A stretch of 64,000 nt of DNA from contig CM022671.1 of the NCBI GenBank assembly GCA_012295275.1, positions 25,730,001-25,794,000 of the forward strand, read 5' to 3'. The notes under the pieces are model-generated. The model saw only the letters and a list, made by a program, of their open reading frames with translations. It searched no databases and was not told where the DNA came from. The translations under genes were made by a program, and so were the position numbers. This DNA comes from Chrysomallon squamiferum. Its lineage: Eukaryota > Animalia > Mollusca. Within the stretch, counting starts at the first letter, position 1, and every line of letters starts with the position of its first letter. Below are positions 57,236 through 64,000 of this stretch, in pieces.

Positions 57236-58918
57236 AAATATACATGTACAAAGGAAAACACAGAAAATTAACTGATTGTTTTTGTTTTTATGTAATATAA
57301 TTATACCATATCAAATTTGCAACAAAACATCTGTAATTGTTTTAAATTTTTTTTTTTAAATAATACTTTTGGTTTGTAACATAATGTATAAATCATCTGT
57401 TTAATTGAAAAAACATGCTTCTCATTTCTTTCTTTCTCGAAATTTCACATCTTCATTCAACATTTAATATTCATAATTTTTTTTAAATCATCCTTAAAAC
57501 CAGTTAAAATTCTGCAAACCCCAAAAAGCCCATTCTGTATGTAACAGAAGTATAGTTAAACCTCTGTTGTGAATCTTTTCTGTCAGCTTAGACATGCACA
57601 CACACACAAGTATATTAATTATGATTAAAAGCAATATTGCAGTTATTAGCTGGCAAAGAGCCACAGCATTTGGAAAAATGAAGTGTCAGCCTGACACTTT
57701 TTACAACAACTAAAGATAGTGACATTCCTGCATCTAGAAACAAATTAACTTATTGCAAAACATTTACTTTCGTGCATCACAGTATTTACAACTCAGTGAC
57801 AACAAGGCTGCATGCATGAAATGTAATAAATATTTGCATCACAGCCAGGTATCTATCTCTGCAGTCTTTATTTATGGGCCAATTTCACTCTGGAATGTTT
57901 CAATATGATATTTATTGAATGGAAAAATGAACGGAATGTCCAATATGGCCCACGACATATTGTTCAGTCAATAGACAAGAATTCCAGTGGAAATGATTTT
58001 AACTCAGTTCCGTGGATGATTAACCACAATGATTGCCGTTTAAAAGCAAAGTAACCACAGAGTTCAAAATAATAACAAAACAAAATTTTAAAATGTGTTA
58101 CTGCTTGCTCAATTTAATGATAAAATTAATGGCTTTAAAATATCTATTACCTTATTCTATTAATAACATAACAGGCTACAATTATAAAATTACTGTTACT
58201 TGGTTCAATTAATTTCAAAATAAAGTTTAAAATGATTACTTCACTGCTTAGTTAACATAATTGGGTTTGAAAATGTATACTCTTTCCTTACTTAATGACA
58301 AACAAAGGGTTTGAAACTGATTACTACATTGTAAAAAAAAATTAAAAACTGTATTAAAATGTATCAACACAAACAATACTGAAAATTAATACTACTTCGA
58401 TTACCACATTGTTTAATTACATCAAAAACATAGTTAGAAACTTATTACAACAGATGTTGAACAAATGTATTAATAAAAACACTGGGAGGGAGGGAGGGAG
58501 GGAGGGTTGTTTGAAGAAATGATTAATACATTTTGATAACACTGTGAAACACTCCATTACTCTATCTGTCAATCAGCTGTGTTTCTGTGCACGTTGCCAG
58601 ACCTGCTATACGATACACTGGGCAAGGCCAACGTGACGTAACAGGCCCACAGACGTGGAATAGCTAAGTGACCCATTGCAACACTGCTGTAGAATTCTAT
58701 CGTCATGTTGTAACTTTTAAACTAAGCAGACACACACGTGTAACAAGAGTAAACCTTAGATGTTATTTCTACATTTGTACAGGTGCAGGTATTAATTTCA
58801 TGCACACACATCGGTCTGCAGTACAGTTTTGTATTTGTGTGAGTGTATTTGTGTGTTTGTGTTTGTTTGTGTATGTGTGTGTTCATGTTCATGTCAAAGT
58901 ATATCTTTTACCTTAATT

Positions 58919-58929
58919 ATATATATATA

Positions 58930-59026
<97 letters not shown>
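58919..59026. repeat. Compound (TA)n(GA)n microsatellite
   Basis: Seen directly. Confidence 0.95.
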
Positions 59027-59028
<2 letters not shown>

Positions 59029-61054
59029 TCACACAAATGCACAGTTAAATATTCCTGTATAATTTTATTCTTGAACAAATTTGTCAAATATTCATCACAA
59101 TCTTCTGCTGACAAATTTTAACATAAAACGTCTTTATTGAAACCTTTACACTTAGAGACAGGAATTTATATTCTCTGATTATCAGATCAAATAACAGATG
59201 TTAACATCGTATGACAAAACATTCTTCATCTCTGTTTCAGGCATTCTCAACTAGTCCCCCACCCTTTCAACAGCCTTTGAAAAATTACAACAAAAAAAAA
59301 AAAACAGAGAAAGAAAATAAATAAATAAAAATCACCACCATGTCCATCTTTCAGTGACAAGTGACCCATGACCTTTCTTTTATTGTGACCTTTGTCACCC
59401 AGTGACTTGACCCCCAGCATCAAGAAAGTAGCTTTGTGTACAACATGCCATAAAAAAAATACAAAAGAATTTTCACTTGCCATTTTGCCCTATGGTCTTG
59501 TCAGAATTAATAAAATCGCCTACAATGGGTATAACAATAATCCTGTCTGGCTTTTATGAATGGAACAGGTAAAAATTTCCATGTGTATTATTAATATTAT
59601 AATTTTTGCTTTTTTTAAAGCTATTTTTGGAAACATACCGGTTTTTCTGTTTTTTGGCTATTTCATTAGTTTAAGCCCTTTTTTTTCAAAAAGCTGAACA
59701 ATGAAAAGATAAAAATCATTTTGTTTGTTTTTATTTTTATTTAAATATATAATTATTATTCATGTCAATGCCCTATTGAATTTTATTATCATTATTGCTG
59801 TAGTAGTTGTTATCACTTCTACTGCAAGTGTTACTTAACATTATTAAAATTATTATTAATAGTAGTAGTAGTTGTTATTGCTGTTGTTGTGTACCAGTGA
59901 TTATATAGGTCTAAGTGGTGAGCTGAATATGGTGGATATACAAGTGAGTGAGTGAGTGAGTGAGTGAGTGACTGGGTGTGTTTGTTAGACAACAGTGGAT
60001 GAGGTGAGTGTTGATTTAGAATTTAACTAACAAACAATATATAAATATAAAAAATTATATCTGAAAAAATATAAAAAATATAAATAGATGAATAATCAAA
60101 CTTTATTCCATGAATGGTAACTTTTGGCTACATTTTCTTTTCTTTTTTAATTTAAGTACATCCTCCATCATTTGGTTCTAGATTGCTGTTGAATTGTGTG
60201 CAATTACTACACACACACACACATACATACATGGATGTGTTTGCATACAGATGTATTTTACATTTAAGAATATGAAAATTTGGGTATATATGCATCCAGT
60301 ATATATATATATATACATGTTTTTTGTGTGTCTGTATGAACATGTGAATAAGAATGTGTGTGTGAGTGTGAGTGCGTGTGTGTGTGTGCATGCAAACATC
60401 TTATGATGTTATTTATTTATCACAATTGTGTAAGTCATTAAGTGCTTGATGAAAAGACATCCAAGCCCTGTTCAGATTACTGGTGTTAGTTATACTTTGA
60501 CTAGGAAACACCTCTCGTTTTATCTGCAGTGAAATACTTAAAAAACTAAATATAGCACATGTAAAGATAGCAAAATATTCCCTAGAATTTGTAGAGGATT
60601 CTGATAAACAGATATAATAACAGCAAGAAGTTCATGGATTTAACAACAATGAAATAATGCTTATGATACATTTTCAGTGTTAATTATTTTAACATTTATT
60701 AAAATATTTTTAATATAATACTTATGTTGGTTAGATGTTATTCTATATGTGTGTGTGTGTGTGTGTCTGAATATATACACACACACACACACACACACAT
60801 ATAATTATACACAGACAATATATATATACTCTTAATGGGATGTTACTTGTTTAATATAAATGATTATTAATGCATGAAACATAAAAACGTTCTACAATGA
60901 TTATCATGAAAGAGAAAAACCTGTTGCCAGCATGTTAGAGGCTGTTTTATATTATTAAATACACACCATCACATAACACAACCTTTTAAAATAAACCATT
61001 AGGCTTTCACTGATCAGAACATGAAATAGCCCAGTGAAATAATTCTGAGTGTTA

Positions 61055-61355
61055 ATATTTATTATTTGTCACCTGTGAGAAGATTGGAGCAATGGCTAGA
61101 ACAGGTAATAAATAGTCCAGTGATCTAAATTTGTGTTTAAATATCTGTATTTGAGAATGTGATAAACTCACACCCTCACATAAAAAAGTCCAGTAAACCA
61201 GATTTATTTTTAGTATCTGTATTTGTCACAACTGATGTCTGTGAGAAAGCTTGGGGCAATGGCTATAATGGGAAATAGTCCAATGATCTAATTTTTAATT
61301 TTTAATATTTATATTTGAGACTGTGAGAATCTTGGAGAAACTCACACCTTCACAC
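61055..61355. repeat. Old ~160-bp tandem duplication
   Basis: gcaatggcta..aaatagtcca(g/a)tgatctaa..tatttgaga..aaactcacacc(c/t)tcaca occurs twice. Confidence 0.7.
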
Positions 61356-62356
61356 AATCTGTCTGTCGGGCATCCTCTGTCATTAAAGACTTTAACCAAT
61401 GAATGAATAAATGAACGAGACAGCTGCAGTGAAAAGACAAACCATTTCCTGTGTCCAGTGCACAGCCAGGTCAGAATGCTGAATGACCACCACAACATCT
61501 GCCTGTCCAGTGAACGGCCACACAGACATGGGTCAGTGGTTAGAGATGTGCCAACAAGTCAAAACGAATAAAGACAATTACATACTAGAATGACTTTTGT
61601 GGGTCAACTTTTCAAAATGCATAGCTTAATGTGAAACAATATATAATCCATTTTTACTATTTTATTTTTGTCCTATTCCATTTTGCTATATATATATTTT
61701 AGTCATTAATCATGCTTCAATCTGTGTGACTGTGTTTTGAGATTTTAGCTTTGTTTGTGCTTTTAAGGTGAGTTTGTGCATGTACATTATGAATTAATTT
61801 CAGACAAGTCAAGACAATGAGAAAACAGTCAATAAAAGGAATGAAAAGCTTTTAAAAATGAAATTAAACAAGAGACCAGACTGATTGTAGCTGTGACAAA
61901 GACACATTTGAACACACATTTCTAACAGAGATCCTCCACTCATGCATAACAAACACCAGCGATATATGAAGTTGTTATAAACAGGTCATGTATAAATAAT
62001 ATATGATATATAACGTTATGATACATTATTTTGTAATATACAAGTGACGTTAATATTTGCATCATAAACCATCCATTAACGTTTTCTGAACTATAAACAG
62101 TCATAAAATACTGAACTCAAAAACAGTTTTAAAGAAATCTCCTAGCATCAACTGAATGGTGGCATAAAATACAAAACGACCAATATAACAAAATGATAGG
62201 CAGTAACACTCATACAATGAAAAATTAGTAATTATCAAGCTGCCTACAAAGAAAAGATTTTTTTAATTTCTCTGAAACCATGTATTTATATCTATATATA
62301 CAAATCTATCTATCTTTATATATCTAACTAACTACACCTGTATCTCTATCTGTGTA

Positions 62357-62389
<33 letters not shown>

Positions 62390-62479
62390 GCAAATATATT
62401 GATATTTGACATATCTGATAAAATAACTGCAGTAACAAAAGTAATTCTTCAGTATTTATAACAAAATAAGGAGAGCAGT

Positions 62480-62660
62480 GGTTGGGATATTTCTAGGTCA
62501 GCCAGTATCTCTTAACCGATTTGTGTCATGTAATTTCCTTTGTTTATGGGAAGGTGCTTATAAAAGATCCCTTATTGCTAATTATTATACCTGACCACTG
62601 TGTGCCATCATCTGGCAAGTGTAACCATTAATAATAAAATGTGATGATAAACATTTACCA
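62480..62660 (+). mobile_element. Possible degenerate SINE fragment
   Basis: cagccagt...tatgggaaggtgcttataaaagatcccttattgctaat resembles, from memory, the central domain of a widespread metazoan SINE group. Needs a Dfam/Repbase search. Confidence 0.35.
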
Positions 62661-63658
62661 ATAAGCCAGCTTGTGAAAACAGCCCAGACAAGGCCACCCA
62701 ACCCACACAGTGAACATCACCTGTGACCACAGGTAAAAGAAGCCACCCTTTTCAACAAGACACCTTTGCCACCTGTCGGTGTCCCATTTCGAGGGCCATC
62801 AATTTGATCGGGTATTCTTGTCCAAAAATGACACGCAGTGCTATCATTTCTATTACTGTTCGTATGGAAACACATTTCCTTTGTCAAAGACAGCTGTAGT
62901 CCAGGCGACCACATGGCTTGGTGAATCCATGACTTTATATTTAGCAAAGTAATAGAATTCACTCTGTAAACATGTGTGTTAATTATTAAACACAGTGCAG
63001 TTATTATTAGATTATTCAGATGTATCTGTTTCAATATTTTAATGCATTCTATTTTATATATAACAGTTTTCTTGTTTATGGTGATTTGGAAAACATAGAA
63101 TAATGTATTCTGAAATGGAAAATAGAATCTACCCTTGTTACTTTATTAACAATACAGACTGATGATCAGCATACAAAATGTAGACCTTCTGTATATATAT
63201 CATAAAATGCATACTGTGCTATTTTCTCAACATTAATTGTATTACTTCCAAATGTCTTTTTTATTTAATTTTGGCAAATTTTTGACAATTACAAGCCTGG
63301 ATTTTTATATTGGATACTACTAAACAATAACTTGCATTTCTCTTTGTTATATTCCAGCAAATCTGAGCAAACAATGCCTCCTATTAATTATGCTAGGTTT
63401 TTTTTTTTTTTTTTGTTCTACAGAAGAATGATGCTGTTATTTCAGTTTACTAAGCCTGCCAGTGTAGCAAGTTGATTGGCTGTTCTTCAAAGGCCACCAC
63501 GAAACAACAACGAGGACGTCAGACCTTGAAGAGCAAATCCTCAAATTAGGTTTCACAAACTTCAATCAGCTGTTCTCTTCCTGGCCTCTGTGGATCATGC
63601 CAAGAAATGACTTGATGCATAAAACACCACAGTTGCATAATCTGGAACATATATATAA

Positions 63659-63691
<33 letters not shown>

Positions 63692-63944
63692 GAAGACGTT
63701 ATTCTCAGTATAAAAATTTGATTTATACATACACATGCATATACACAAACACAACACTGTTATATAGCAATATAATTGTTTGGTAAATAATAAAACATAC
63801 TCAGACTATAATAATTTGGTGTGTGTGTGTGTGTGTGTGTCTGTGTAGGTTTATACAAGAGATTTATAACATAATATTTGGTATAAGGAACACTGATTAT
63901 TCAGAATTTGGTAATTGTACATCTGTGTGTGTATATGAGTATAT

Positions 63945-64000
63945 GTATATACATCTTCATTTACCATTTAGCATATGATTACAAGTATATACATCTTCAT
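63945..64000. repeat. Start of a 40-bp-period repeat at the window edge
   Basis: gtatatacatcttcat at 63945 and 63985. Confidence 0.6.

Noticed and set aside
52540-64000. NLK first coding exon (GxGxFGVVW) and promoter
   Set aside because: No matching coding sequence found by eye; presumed to lie beyond the window end.

Overview
AT-rich, microsatellite-dense eukaryotic (animal, plausibly molluscan; inference) genomic DNA with no prokaryotic features. Right part (about 30.3-64 kb): a minus-strand Nemo-like kinase (NLK/nemo) gene. Nine coding exons splice in frame, and the first coding exon lies beyond the window end. One 12.26-kb intron is a minor-spliceosome (U12-type) GT-AG intron whose donor is duplicated 77 nt downstream, and there are two candidate alternative terminal exons. 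Left part (1-25.2 kb): nested tandem segmental duplications (an 8.2/8.6-kb pair plus a third partial copy at a 5025-bp period). The duplicated block carries a decayed TTAA-flanked piggyBac element and an orphan short ORF behind a TATA/Inr-like promoter. Exactly at the junction of the 8-kb duplicates sits a 6.4-kb hierarchical composite tandem array (40/42-bp subrepeats inside eight ~0.77-0.9-kb units) whose two ends are in register with each other. All coordinates were read by eye; no searches were run.
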